A DNA stretch of 64,000 bases from Zootoca vivipara (GCF_963506605.1 NC_083292.1:35774001-35838000), one strand, 5' to 3'; positions 12,334 through 24,818 are shown, counted from the stretch's first letter. Notes: generated by a model from the letters alone, not told the origin. Translations and numbers: made by a program.

Positions 12334-12829
12334 GTAAGCCCATTTCCTTGGGGTGATATTTCCAAGCTTGTCGTAGGTTCACATTGAAGTAGGGCCAGAT
12401 GGCTCTTCCAATGAGAGCAGGGATGGGTATCCTGTGGTCCTTGCAATGTTGCTTCCATCATCCTTGTCCATTGGGAATGCTGGCTGAGAGGACTTGCGAT
12501 CCTGCAACAACTGCAGGGCCACAGCTTCCCCATCCCTCCTTCACACCCTGCAGGTTTATTAAATAAGGTAACCCTGATTCTTTGGACGTATGTCTAGAAC
12601 CGGGAAGGAGAACCAGGGGCTTTGCAGATGTTTATGAACTTCAGCTCCTATATTCCATGACCATTGTCTATGGTGGCTGAGGCAGATGGGAGCTAAAGTC
12701 TGGTTGTGCCACTTAGCAAACATAGCAGGAGAAGATCTCCACGGTAATGTCATCTATGCTTGTTAAATATAATTGTGATATCTAGAAGGTGGCACCAGCT
12801 TTCTATTCTCTCTCTTCCTAAATGTCATT

Positions 12830-12830
<1 letters not shown>

Positions 12831-12887
<57 letters not shown>

Positions 12888-12888
12888 C
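12831..12888. repeat. (AC)n microsatellite in gene 2 intron (paralog 27527-27563)
   Basis: Direct reading. Confidence 0.9.
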
Positions 12889-13050
12889 TTCTGCCTTTTA
12901 GAGCACAAGCACAAAACTCTGCATTTTACTGATAAGTAAACCTGATTGTATTCACTAATGCTTAGTCCCAGATAAATAGATAAAGGATTGCTGCTTTATT
13001 TTTTCAAATTCACCCCCACCTGGATCGATAATACTTGACTGTGGTCCAGC

Positions 13051-13140
13051 CATAGCTGCCAAGTTATCCCTTTTTTAAAGGGATTTTCCCTTATGCTGAA
13101 TAGGCTTCCTCGCGAGAAAAGGGAAAACTTGGCAGCTATG
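13051..13140. mobile_element. 90-bp hAT MITE
   Basis: TIR catagctgccaagtt/aacttggcagctatg; 8-bp TSD ggtccagc; empty site in gene 4 intron at about 27719. Confidence 0.9.
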
Positions 13141-13408
13141 GGTCCAGCCTGTCAAAAAATGTTTTTGATAGAATTGTTGACATAGCATGCTTTTTTATTT
13201 AGAGCACGATCATGGAAGCAGCCTAATAAGGTATGTGAGTAGTTTCTTGTTTTTCTACAGCGTCTAGCACAGGGGTGTAGTTCTCACTCAGTAGTTATAG
13301 TGAGGTTCCTATAGTCTTGTAACCCTTCTCTGTCGTTCATGCCGGCTGGATCTGATGGGAGTTGAAGTCTGCAACATCAGAAAAGACTACACACTGACTC
13401 CCCCGTTA

Positions 13409-15694
13409 TCTATATATATAAAAATGTAAAAATCGTGAAACTGCGTTTTTTAAGTTTCTCCATAACCGCTTGACCGACCGTCCTGAAATTTTGACACAAC
13501 GTTCCAGGCCACTCCCAGAGCGTTGTTGGGGGCAAAAAAACTCAAATCGCACACCTGTGCAGGTACAGACCTGCTTTTCCACCAACTCAAACAGCGCCCT
13601 CAAGTGGCGTAATACCCTCCTCCACCCCCTCCCTTCCTGTGAAATCTAAGCCACACCCACAAACCAAATGACATCATCATCAACCAAGCAACTGAAATCA
13701 CCAAGGCTGCCATTGTCACAGGACGCAGCACGGCCTCTGTTTATGTAGGCCCCCACTAGGCCCGGGGGGGGGGGATAACCCACAGCAACGCACATGGGGG
13801 CACGGCAAGGGGTTTTTACTTTACAATTTAGCAGCAATACCCCCCCCCCAAATAAATACCATCCTTCAAAACGTCATGAGATATGCTGGTCACGGAGGTG
13901 GGGGGAGAAACAGAATAGATCATGGATCGGGACACGTGGGGCCAGTCACAGGGATTAGCCACAACAATGCACCACACCCACAAACCTGTAAAACAGGGGG
14001 GCTCTGAGGCTCAGGGGGATCTGAAGGGGGTCTATTACCAGACAACCCACAGAGTCAGGCCAGGGCCAAGGAATGGAGATACAGGGCGGAGGCCTCGGGT
14101 CACATTTAAATACTAGTCCAAGCCAAGGCCTCGCTTCTACTTTACAGCCTAAAGACTAGGCCTAGGCTCCATTTTACAGACTAGGCCTCAACTCTATAAC
14201 CCTTTAAATACTATCCCGAATGGAGCCCTGGGGGGAACCCTGGGGGGAGGAGGAGCCCAAATAGGTCATGGGCTGACGTAGGGTGGGGGGAGCAACTGTC
14301 CAACAGCCACTAAAACAGCCATTCCACCCCAAGCCCAACCAAAGCCTGTCCCGGTGGCTGCATTAATAAACGCCTGGCAGCATTAGGCAGTCATTCATCA
14401 TTTCTCCTAACACGCACTTGGGGGCACAGCGAGGGGTTTCCGCTTCATAATTCAGTGACCGTTGTGTCACATGCGAGGCTACGGCGGCCATTTTAAGTAA
14501 GGGCAGTCGTGCCCCTTTTAGCCAAGGCTTTACCGTGTTTCTCCGAAAATAAGACACTGTCTTATATTTATTATTCCTAAAAAAAACCCACATTGGCTTA
14601 TTTTCATGAGATATCTTATTTTTTATTACGCGTCCAGCCTTGCCTCTTCCTTGGGGCCCTCCAGAACTGCGCCTATCACTATGTCTTATTTTTTGGGTAT
14701 GGCTTATATTGCGCAAATGCGTAGAAATCCTGCTATGGCTTATTTTATGGGTATGTCTTATTTTAGGAGAAACAACTGATTGTAAGCCTCTGTGTCTTTT
14801 TTAAAAAAACAACAACCGTGCACTTTTTCTCCCCAGATATTTGCAGTGGCCACTCCCACCCCCGATTTACAATCCCCTACCTTCCCCTTGCCACTTCCTG
14901 GGTTTTTTTATGGAACTGAACAACTCAGGTACTTCAGAACGCGCCTTCTGCTGCCAGGCCCTTGCAGGGCCAGACAGAGGCCTGGGCCAGGTAGATAAGA
15001 TAATGTGGCCCTGTTTTTAACCCTTTTGTTACTTTTTTTCATTTTACTGATTGTGAATATGCAGACCGAGACTCCCTTTTGATTTGGAGGCCCGCGCCAA
15101 GTGGCCCATATGACCCCCCTCCATCTATCTGGGCCTGTCTGTTGCTACGGGGCTATGGGGCTTCGCTATTTGACACCCCCCCCCTCAGGATTTTTAAAGT
15201 AGATCTCTGCCTCCCAGGGCACATCATCACCCCCGATCCTTAATCTAAATATAAAGAAATGCTCGTGATGTGTGCGCAGGGGCCAATGTATGGAGATACA
15301 GGGGGGAGGGGACAACAGAGGGCTCAGACAAAAGTAAATACTGGGAAATGGAACCCAGAAACTGACAGCTCCTTCTCCAAGGCTGGGGGCCAATGTAGGA
15401 AGCTACCGGGGGTAGGGGCCAACACTCCCCAGGGACAACAGAGGGCTCAGACAGAAGTGCATGCTGGGAAATAAAACCCAGAACCTAACAGTTCCTTCTC
15501 CAAGGGTGGGGGCCAAAGTATGGAGATACATGGGGGAGGGGCCAACACTCCCCAGGGACAACAGAGGAAAGGGTATCCTACCGAAACACAGGGATGAGCC
15601 GGGGTGGAGGGAGGAGGGGCAGGATACGTCATGGATCGGGACAGGGTGGGGATCACAGGAAAGAACCACAGCAATGCGTGGCCGGGTCAGCTAG
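13409..15694 (+). mobile_element. Non-autonomous Helitron (2286 bp) in gene 2 intron
   Basis: 5' TC(tatatatataaa), 3' CTAG, inserted between A and T with no TSD, subterminal imperfect hairpin ccacagcaatgcgtgg; empty site in gene 4 intron (about 27986). Confidence 0.88.
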
Positions 15695-15890
15695 TACCTT
15701 ATATCTGAGCTTTTATAATTATTTGGTCTTCTTTGGTTTTCATGTTCCATATTCATCTCAGTTGTTCAATTTCATGCTTTAGATTCTTCTTCAGCCATGG
15801 TTGACTGTGGTCCATTCCCATTGAAGTGATGTACCCCACACTTATTTTCTCCCTTGGTGTTTTTGGTTTCAGACTCACCTCCACCCAACA

Positions 15891-16442
15891 ATGGTAGACT
15901 GTGGTCCATCCTGTGCTGTCCCATCCTGTGCCTCCACCCCCACTGTTGGGTTTGGCTCAGCAGGAGGTCTTGGCTACGGTGGTCTTGGCTATGGACTGGG
16001 AGGTCTCGGCTCTGGATTGGGAGGTCTCGGCTCTGGATGGGGAGGTCAGGGCTTCGGATTTGGAGGACTGGGCTATGGATTTGGAGGACTGGGCTATGGA
16101 TATGGAGGTGCTGAAAGAGCAAGCAATCTTGGCATCCTAGATGGGATCATCCCTAAACCCGTCAACCAGATCCCACCAGCAGAAGTCGTGATCCAGCCAC
16201 CTGCCTCCGTTGTGACCATCCCAGGGCCCATCCTGTCTGCCAGCTGTGAGCCTGTGGCTGTTGGAGGCAACACTCCATGTGCTGTTGGTGGCTCTGGGGT
16301 AGTAGGAGGCTATGGATTTGGGGGCTTGGGCTATGGGTCTGGCCTCCTTGGAAGCTCTGGGGCCTGGGGCTATGGTTTGGGCTCTGGGAGGAGGGCACTC
16401 CTTGGAAGGAAGTTTGGGCGTCGTGGTAGCATCTGTGCATAG
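15891..16442 (+). CDS. Corneous beta-protein gene 2 (183 aa)
   Basis: Same core box and Gly repeats; acceptor AG 15871-15872; AATAAA 16655-16660. Confidence 0.95.
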   Translation: MVDCGPSCAVPSCASTPTVGFGSAGGLGYGGLGYGLGGLGSGLGGLGSGWGGQGFGFGGLGYGFGGLGYGYGGAERASNLGILDGIIPKPVNQIPPAEVVIQPPASVVTIPGPILSASCEPVAVGGNTPCAVGGSGVVGGYGFGGLGYGSGLLGSSGAWGYGLGSGRRALLGRKFGRRGSICA

Positions 16443-18384
16443 GCCAATTAAACCCGAGAAGTATATCCTGAACTGATATCCACGGAGCTTGATACAGCTG
16501 TATTGGCCATGGTTCAGAAGAGCTGAATTCAAGCAATCACTCCTGGAATTCATCCTTCATTCTTTGCTTTAGAGTCCAGAAGAAAAAGATCTTTCTACAC
16601 CGATTGTCTTCTTTGCCCCTTATAAAATTTCAATGCTTTTTCTTTGACCTTTTCAATAAAGCTTGTTCTGCATTCTGATCACCTGTTTGTCTTGATTTTT
16701 AAATGTAAAGCCTCAGTTCCACATAGCAAGGTGTCTGAAGCAGTTTTTGGCCAAACTAAAATCAGTGCATTTGCAGGACATCTTTGTCTCTGGCCCCCTG
16801 AATGGTTTAGTTCCATGTGGTTAGAATAAGGTACATTCGCCTTGAGAGAATTATCATTTCCCCCTTTTTCAAAACAAGTGCTGGGTCCCCTTTCAGAGTG
16901 CCTCAAACCATTATTTATTCAGAGAGCAACAGTCATAATAGCTGGATAATCTTTTGTAGTTTTGCAAAATTTGCATATGTACATCGTGTGGAATGTATTG
17001 CGGAATGTAGCTTTTGTAATCAATATGTTACAAGACTTTGGACAATAACATATTTTTTGATGGGAGATAATGTAGTCAAATGGTGCAGGATTACCCAGCC
17101 TCTCAGTCAGATACTGTATTTTGATACAGTTTTAAATTATTGCATACACGAGTTAAAAAAAAATTAAGCACATTTAAACCTTGTCTTCATTTATTGATTT
17201 GTAATCTAAATTTAAAGCCGTCCAAATTAGTGGAAATCGCCACATCTTCTGGAAATGTGGAAAGTCAGGTTGGTAACACCTAGTGCCCTAGCTCCCCAGT
17301 TAAAATGGCAAAGGCTGTAGAGATCTCCCCCAAAGCCCTCCCAAAAGGTTAAAGTCTGTAAAATGAGGTTTGAGAAAGCAGCAAACGTTGACACTGAGTT
17401 AATGGCGGAAGTTTTAATGAATAACAGCACATACTGGGCATCTCTAGACACAGGTACAGGAATCACTTTATTAAGAGAAGATCTAGATACTTCCACAAAG
17501 ATGTTGCCTCACAAAACAACAAAGGTCACAAAGGGCATCCAGATTAGCTCCCAGTGTCTGAGGCCGCCTGGGACAGATCTGACTCCCACTAGCCTAATAG
17601 GGGAGCCAGTAGGTAAGGACCCTCTGAGAGAGGTCGGGGCAGGGGCCCACACCGTTGACCTCATCCCTCCGATGCTCCCCGAGACTCATGCATGGCCCTG
17701 GCCCCTAACGGGGATAAACCTACAAACATGTAGAGCCCCGGGATTCCTTTAACGGAATACCCCTAAAGGCATCAGCAACCATGAGGGAAAGGCCCAGCCA
17801 AAATCCATACCCCTCCACCATCCAATTTGAAGCAATGCCTAACCGCCAACCTTACAAGTTGTGACTTATTGCTACGCAGTAGGAAGGCGCCCCCCCCCCC
17901 CGGCACCAGCCAATCAGCCAAGTGGGCAAATTCCTACCAGGCCCCTGATCCAAAACAGGTGACCCCATGACAGGCACAGCAAGGTCAATGCAAAGAACAT
18001 CTAAAATTAGTGGAGGGCAGGCAGGAGATTTGTTGCGAGCAGCAAAGTGGAACTAAAAGCTGCTCGCTAAGCACATATAAGGCTAAGACTGTCAATCTAT
18101 CATTTGCTACATGCTAAACTCCCCAGCAACAGCCAACCAATTGGTGTGCCAACCAACCACACATGTGGCTATCCAAACTGAACCGCCCAACCAACCCTGG
18201 GATGTCTTGTTAACCCTTCCGCAACCCATGTTCTCCTTTAAGGGGAGAACCTGCTCTGTCCTGAGATGCTGGCTGCATCGGTCATTTCCTTTCCCTCACT
18301 TGTTATCTCGCAGCAGCCATCTCAGCCGTCAGGCCTTGCGGGACCCTGCTCCCCCCTGGCGGCTCATTAGAAGAGCTGGTCGAG

Positions 18385-20611
18385 AACTGGAATAACCGGC
18401 TCTTGGCGGCCATCGATGAGATCGCACCTAAGCGCCCTCTATGACCCCGCCGAAACTGGGCCCCTTGGTTTACCGAGGAACTTCGGAAAATGAAGCGGGA
18501 CCTTAGACGGCTAGAGCGAGTATGGCGGCGTGCTCACGACGGAGCCTCAAGAACATCTTACAGGAAACTTATGAAAGCCTATGAGATGGCGGTGAAAGCT
18601 GCAAAAAAGTCCTACTTCTCAGCTTCCATCGCATCCACTAGCTCTCGCCCAGCACAACTTTTTAGAATAATTAGGTCTCTAACAACCCTAGAGGAACAGC
18701 CAAATTTAAATATGAATTTGACCCATAGCTGTGAGGCATTTGCGAGCTTTTTTGCGGAGAAAGTCTTGACACTCCGCCGTGACCTCCCTGCCAATTTGGA
18801 TACAATAACGGAACTGGAGGCCCCTCGACTGTCTTCGAGTTCAGTATTGGACCAATTCGATCAGATACTCCCTGTCGATGTAGCTGGAAGGCCCACCACT
18901 TGCTCCCTGGACCCGTGCCCGTCTTGGCTGATTAGAGCGTGTCCAGATGAGGTACGGGCCCCCCTGGGTGAGATCATCAACTTGTCCCTGGGCACAGGGA
19001 CTTTCCCAGAGGAGTTGAAGGAGGCAGTGGTGCGTCCACTCTTAAAGAAAACATCTCTAGATCCTTTAGATCTATCCAATTATTGCCCGGTTTCGAATCT
19101 TCCGTACCTGGGTAAGATAATTGAGAGAGCGGTTGCCGAACAGCTTGGTAGGTTTCTGGATGAAACATCGGCTCTAGATCCATTTCAGTCCGGCTTTCGC
19201 CCTGGTCATGGGACCGAGACAGCTCTGGTCGCCTTAACAGATGATCTCCGTAGACAGCTGGATCGAGGTGGGTCGGGACTGCTGATTCTTTTAGACCTGT
19301 CAGCAGCCTTCGATATGGTCGATCATGAACTTTTAGACCACCGCCTTGCCGACGTGGGGATTCAGGGCACAGTCCAACAATGGCTGCGTTCCTTCATCTC
19401 AGGTCGGGGACAGAGGGTGGTGCTAGGGAGGGAGTTGTCGCCGCGGCACCCCTTGGTGTGTGGAGTCCCGCAAGGCGCAATCCTTTCCCCAATGCTTTTT
19501 AATATCTTTATGCGCCCCCTTGCCCAGATTGTCCGGAGCTTTGGGCTGGGTTGTCATCAATATGCTGATGACACCCAGATCTATCTGTTGATGGACGGCT
19601 GCCCTGCCTCGGCCCCAGACACACTCACCAGGTGCTTGGAAGCTGTGGCTGGATGGCTACGTGGGAGCCGACTGAAGCTAAATCCTTCGAAGACAGAGGT
19701 CCTCTGGCTAGGTCGGGGCGACACGGCCAACTCCCATCTTTTGCAGGGGCTCAATTGGTACCAGCGCCTTCTGTCAAGAGTTTGGGTGTAACCTTTGACG
19801 CCTCCCTTTCCATGGAGGCACAGGTTGCATCCACAGCAAAGGTGGCATTTTTCCATCTCCGCCGCATCAAGCAGTTGGTCCCTTACCTCTCTCGCCCCGA
19901 TCTGGCCACAGTGATCCATGCGACGATCACCTCCAGGCTTGACTATTGTAACTCGCTCTACGCAGGGTTGCCCTTAAAGCTGACCCAGAAACTCCAGTGG
20001 GTGCAGAATGCCGCGACGAGGCTCCTTACAGGGTCCCGGCCGTGGGATCACATTCACCCAGTGCTTTACCAGCTGCACTGGCTCCCGGTGGAGTACAGGA
20101 TCAGGTTTAAGGTGCTGGTTTTGACCTTTAAAGCCCTATGCGACTTGGGACCCTCGTACCTATGGGACCGCCTCTCCTGGTATGCCCCGCGGAGGACCTT
20201 AAGGTCCACAAATAATAATATTCTGGAGATCCCGAGTCATAAGATGGCTAGATTGGTCTCTACTAGAGCCAGGGCCTTTTCAGTACTGGCCCCAACCTGG
20301 TGGAACGCTCTTTCCCAGGAGACCAGGGCCCTGCGGGATTTGTCTTCTTTCCGCAGGGCCTGCAAGACAGAGCTGTTCCGCCTGGCCTTTGGGTTAGACT
20401 CAGCCTGACCCCTGTGTTTTTCTCCTTCATGGCTTGGATTTATGGCCTACTTGAAATGAGGCTGCACTTTAATTTTAATACTGTATTTTAATCTGTATTT
20501 TAATTAATTGTTTTTATGTTTTATTGTAATTCTGTTGGTGTCAGCCGCCCTGAGCCCGGTTTTTGACTGGGGAGGGCGGGGTATAAATAAAAAAATTATT
20601 ATTATTATTAT
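18385..20611 (+). mobile_element. L2 LINE, 5'-truncated and frameshifted
   Basis: RT motifs QSGFRPGHGTETAL, LLDLSAAFD, GVPQGAILSP, YADDTQ, LKLNPSKT; (ATT)n tail. Confidence 0.92.
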
Positions 20612-21564
20612 CTCAGCAGATTTCAGCAGAGGTGGGGGCACAGAAGCAGGGCCCCTCCTTCAGCTCTGCTTCATTAGGGTAGCTCCCTCTACCAGCTTTC
20701 AGCCCACCAATGCCACTCTATCAGACTGCAGCAGAGAGAGCAGAGAGAAAGAGAAGGGAAGCAAAACCACTCTGTTGCATACATTAAGAGAACAGTTCCT
20801 CCTTCTGCCAACTATCAGCTAACTTCTGTAATTCCACCAGGCTGCGGCAGAGGGAGCAGGGAGGGAGGAAATGGGAGCTCACTTGGAACCAGCAACTTTT
20901 GACTTGTGTTGTGTCTTTTTTTAGTTTTAAGCCGAAGGGCAGGGACCGGCTTGATAATCTCAGCAGACTGTTCTGCAAACTATCTTGGCTGAAGCGTGGA
21001 TAAGAATGCAATAAATAGGTACACAATAGTTTGAGGGGGGAGACTTCATCAGGCAAGGCTTTGCCCGGCCCTCCATACAAAGTAGCTCCTGATGCCCCTA
21101 CTTAAACCAGCCTTTTATTCAGAATCAGAAGGACTGGGATTCTATTTTACTTCTACAGGAAGGACCATATTGCAGTGCTGGAGCACCTGCTTTGCTTGCA
21201 GAAGGCACTCCCTGGCATCTCCAAGTCAAGCTCGGAAAGAACCCTTTCTGGAACTCTGGAAAACCACTGCCGGTCACTAAAGACAGCACTGATCCAGCTG
21301 GACCCAACAGTGTGATTCAATGTGAAGCAGCTTCCTATATACCTGTTCTCCAACTCCTCAATAATGAAGGGATTCACCTAAGTCAACAGTAAGGATCTCT
21401 CTTTGACCCCGTTGCACAGAGAGCATCCACCTTCCAACCCCAAAAAAGTTTTAACTAGGTCCCTGTTAGACTTTAAGAAATAGCTATTATTAAGTCCAAA
21501 ACAAAGTACAACCAGTGGCCAGGGAGGATTGGAGTTGTACCTTAGCAACATTTGGGAAGCCCAA

Positions 21565-21790
21565 GGAGCCAGTGTTGTGTAGTGGTTAGAGTGTTGGACG
21601 AATACCTGGAGAATTAGTGTTCAAAGCCCCACTTGGCCATGAAGGTCACTGGGTGAGCTTGTGCCAGTCAACTTACTCTCAGCCTAACAAACTTCACAGG
21701 ATTGTTGTGAGGATAAAATGGGGAGGAGGAGAACTATGTATTCTACCTTGAGCTCCCTGAAGAAAGGGTGGGATACAAATGTGATAAATA
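21565..21790 (+). mobile_element. Old tRNA-derived MIR/Squam3-like SINE
   Basis: Head gtgtagtggttagagtgttggac, core ctctcagcctaac..cacagg..gttgtgaggataaaa, L2-like tail. Confidence 0.6.
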
Positions 21791-22291
21791 TTGAATTCAT
21801 GCAGTTTCCCACTTTCCCACTTACTTATGAGCCTAGTATGTCCTCCCTTCGGTTCTTGGTTAGCTCAGGAAATAGGCCAAAATACTCCAAAACTGTTCCA
21901 GCGTGAGAGAATACCCTTTCCCCCCTTTTCCTTCTGAGACATAAGGGAAGGTAACAAACCAAGAAAGAGAGATGTTCAAATTCAGAATGAGCTTTAATGA
22001 AAATGTGGAAGATATTGAGTGGGCAATTGTACAAGAAGCAGAAATGAGCAAGGAAAAGGCACACACAATGGAACTTCTTATTGGTCTATAGACTTTGAGG
22101 GAATACTTGGAAAGGAGGAAGGAAAGGTTGCTGAAAGCCATTTAAAAGCTGTTGGCTTGATGATGGTCCCCAAAGCTCAGATTTCAGAATCCAGAATGAG
22201 ACACTCAGTAATGGTGGATCTGCATCATCTTTTTCCGTTGAGGGTCATTCCTGTCAACATCACACATATGTTCTTCAAGAGTTCAATATAT

Positions 22292-22843
22292 CTAATTGCA
22301 CACACTGCCACGACGCCCCAGGAGGGATCTTCTCCCAAAGAGTCCACCCCTCCTAAGACCAAATTGGGAACCTCCAAGGAAGCCACCAAAATTGCTTCCA
22401 AGGAGACCTGACCCGTAGCCATAGCCTCCTACAAGCCCAGAACCACCAACGGCACATGGAGTGTTGCCTCCAACAGCCACAGGCTCACAGCTGGCAGAGA
22501 GGATGGGCCCTGGGATGGTCACAACGGAGGCAGGTGGCTGGATCACGACTTCTGCTGGTGGGATCTGGTTGACGGGTTTAGGGATGATCCCATCTAGGAT
22601 GCCAAGATTGCTTGCTCTTTCAGCACCTCCATATCCATAGCCCAGGCCACCAAATCCGAAGCCCTGACCTCCCCATCCAGAGCCGAGACCTCCCAATCCA
22701 GAGCCGAGACCTCCAAATCCAGAGCCGAGACCTCCCAATCCAGAGCCGAGACCACCATAGCCAAGACCTCCTGCTGATCCAAACCCAACAGTGGGGGTTG
22801 AGGCCCAGGATGGGACAGCACAGGATGGACCACAGTCAACCAT
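22292..22843 (-). CDS. Corneous beta-protein gene 3 (183 aa, alternative C-terminus RRSLLGRRGSVCN)
   Basis: Core box intact; acceptor at 22862-22863 (minus); ATTAAA on minus strand at 21993-21998. Confidence 0.95.
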   Translation of the reverse strand: MVDCGPSCAVPSWASTPTVGFGSAGGLGYGGLGSGLGGLGSGFGGLGSGLGGLGSGWGGQGFGFGGLGYGYGGAERASNLGILDGIIPKPVNQIPPAEVVIQPPASVVTIPGPILSASCEPVAVGGNTPCAVGGSGLVGGYGYGSGLLGSNFGGFLGGSQFGLRRGGLFGRRSLLGRRGSVCN

Positions 22844-23700
22844 TGTTGGATGGAGGTGAGTCTGAAACCAAAAACACCAAGGGACAAAATTAGCACAGGG
22901 TACATCACTTCAATGGACAGTGGGGAGAATATTTCAGACATAATGATCCTGAGGTATTAGGATAATTTTCCCATTCCTGGTTCACTAAACTCAAACCATC
23001 TTCCTTTCTCCATGACTGAAAATCAGCTGTCTTTGATAATTCTGAAAACATTAAGCCCTCATGCCTGAATCCTTTATTGTTCTCTGCTTTTGTTACTACA
23101 GCCCTTCTTTTCATTGTGGATCCCAAATCCAATCCCTGGTAATTTCAGCATGGTCTAGGAATATCCCCTGCCTCAAGGCTTGTAGAACAACAGCCAATCT
23201 GAGTAGATAAAACTGAACTAGGGGTTCCAATGGTCTGTCATGGTATAGGACAATTCCCTATGCTCATTTGTGTAGGTTATTTGTTTGGAACCATGAAGAT
23301 TAGAACCTTACTTTAATTTTATGGGGAGGACAATTGTTCAGGGGCCGAACATGTGATTTTCATGCAGAACATCCCAAGTTCATTTCCTGGGATCTGCAGA
23401 TTGAGCTGGTAAAGATTCTCTTCTTGAAACTCTGGAGAACTACAGCTGGTCAGGGTAGACAAAACTGAGCTAGATAGACTAACACTCTCAGTATCAGGCA
23501 GGTAAATACTTGATTTCATAAGGTACATATAGAAAAGAAGCCAGCCAACAACTTAAGAGTGTAAGGTTCCTGGTGGAAGATCTACCCAATTCACAGAGTA
23601 ATAGAATTTTAGCTTTCTCTTGGAGTTCAGTTACCTGAACCCTCTGGCCACTGCAAGAATCATTCAAATATAACGTCATATTTGCGCACACTTGACTTAC

Positions 23701-23787
23701 CAAAGTCTCAGAGGAGTAGAAGTGAAGTGAAGGAGATGAAGCCAAAGGAAGCTGTTGGAAGATCTCAGCTAAAGGAGACCTTTTATA
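23701..23787 (-). promoter_or_regulatory. Gene 3 TATA box and non-coding exon 1 (intron 22862-23700, 839 nt)
   Basis: TATAAAA 23787-23781; donor GTAAGT at 23700; paralogous to the gene 1 promoter. Confidence 0.8.
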
Positions 23788-24763
23788 CCATTTCATCTAC
23801 ATCTGCTGGTGGTTCCACATCCAGCTTGGATACGCCTCCTTTCCCCTCAGGCTTTAATTAGTAAGCAATTTCTGGAATGCATCATGGCCCTAATTAAGAA
23901 ACGAGGCAAAAGTGTTAAGTGTTTTCTCAGCACCTCACTCTCTTCATAGGCATTATTCGGCAAGACAAAGTTAATAAAAGCTTAAGAAAAATAAAAAAAA
24001 TATTGTTTGTTCCTCCTGGCAGGCGGATCAAAAGGTGCTTTGTCCCCATTTTTTTCAAAATAGTTGTTGATTTTCTCAGAAGTCTAATTGACCTTTATAT
24101 CCAGGATTTTAGTTAGTCATTCTGTGCGCAACACATAGCAGTTTTTGTGTTTTTTTAACCTCAGCTGTTGGAGGTAAGATTGGGGGAGAAATTTGATCCA
24201 GGTTGCGTTTTCTTGCTTGGACTAAAGCAATGCGCTCTATGTGGGGTTACCTTTGAAGGTGACCCGGAAACTACAATTAATCCAGAATGCGGCAGCTAGA
24301 CTGGTGACTGGGAGCAGCCGCCAAGACCACATAACACCGGTCTTGAAATACCTGCATTGGCTCCCAGTACGTTTCAGAGCACAATTCAAAGTGTTGGCGC
24401 TGACCTTTAAAGCCCCAAACGGCCTCGGTCCAGTATACCTGAAGGAGCATCTCCACCTCCATCGTTCTGCCCGGACACTGAGGTCCAGGGCTGAGGGCCT
24501 TCTGGCGGTTCCCTCGCTGTGAGAAGCCAAGTTACAGGGAACCAGGCAGAGGGCCTTCTCGGTAGTGGCACGCACCCTGGAGAACGCCCTCCCACCAGAT
24601 GTCAAAAAGAAAAATAACTACCAGACTTTTAGAGGACATCTGAAGGCAGCCCTGTTTAGGGAGGCTTTTAATGTTTAATTGATTATTTTATTTTATTTTT
24701 CTGTTGGAAGCCGCCCAGAATGGCTGGGGAAACCCAGCCAGATGGGCGGGGTATAAATAATAA

Positions 24764-24818
<55 letters not shown>

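Noticed and set aside
22670-22755. Regular 21-bp repeats resembling a CRISPR array
   Set aside because: No unique spacers; in-frame coding repeat in eukaryotic DNA
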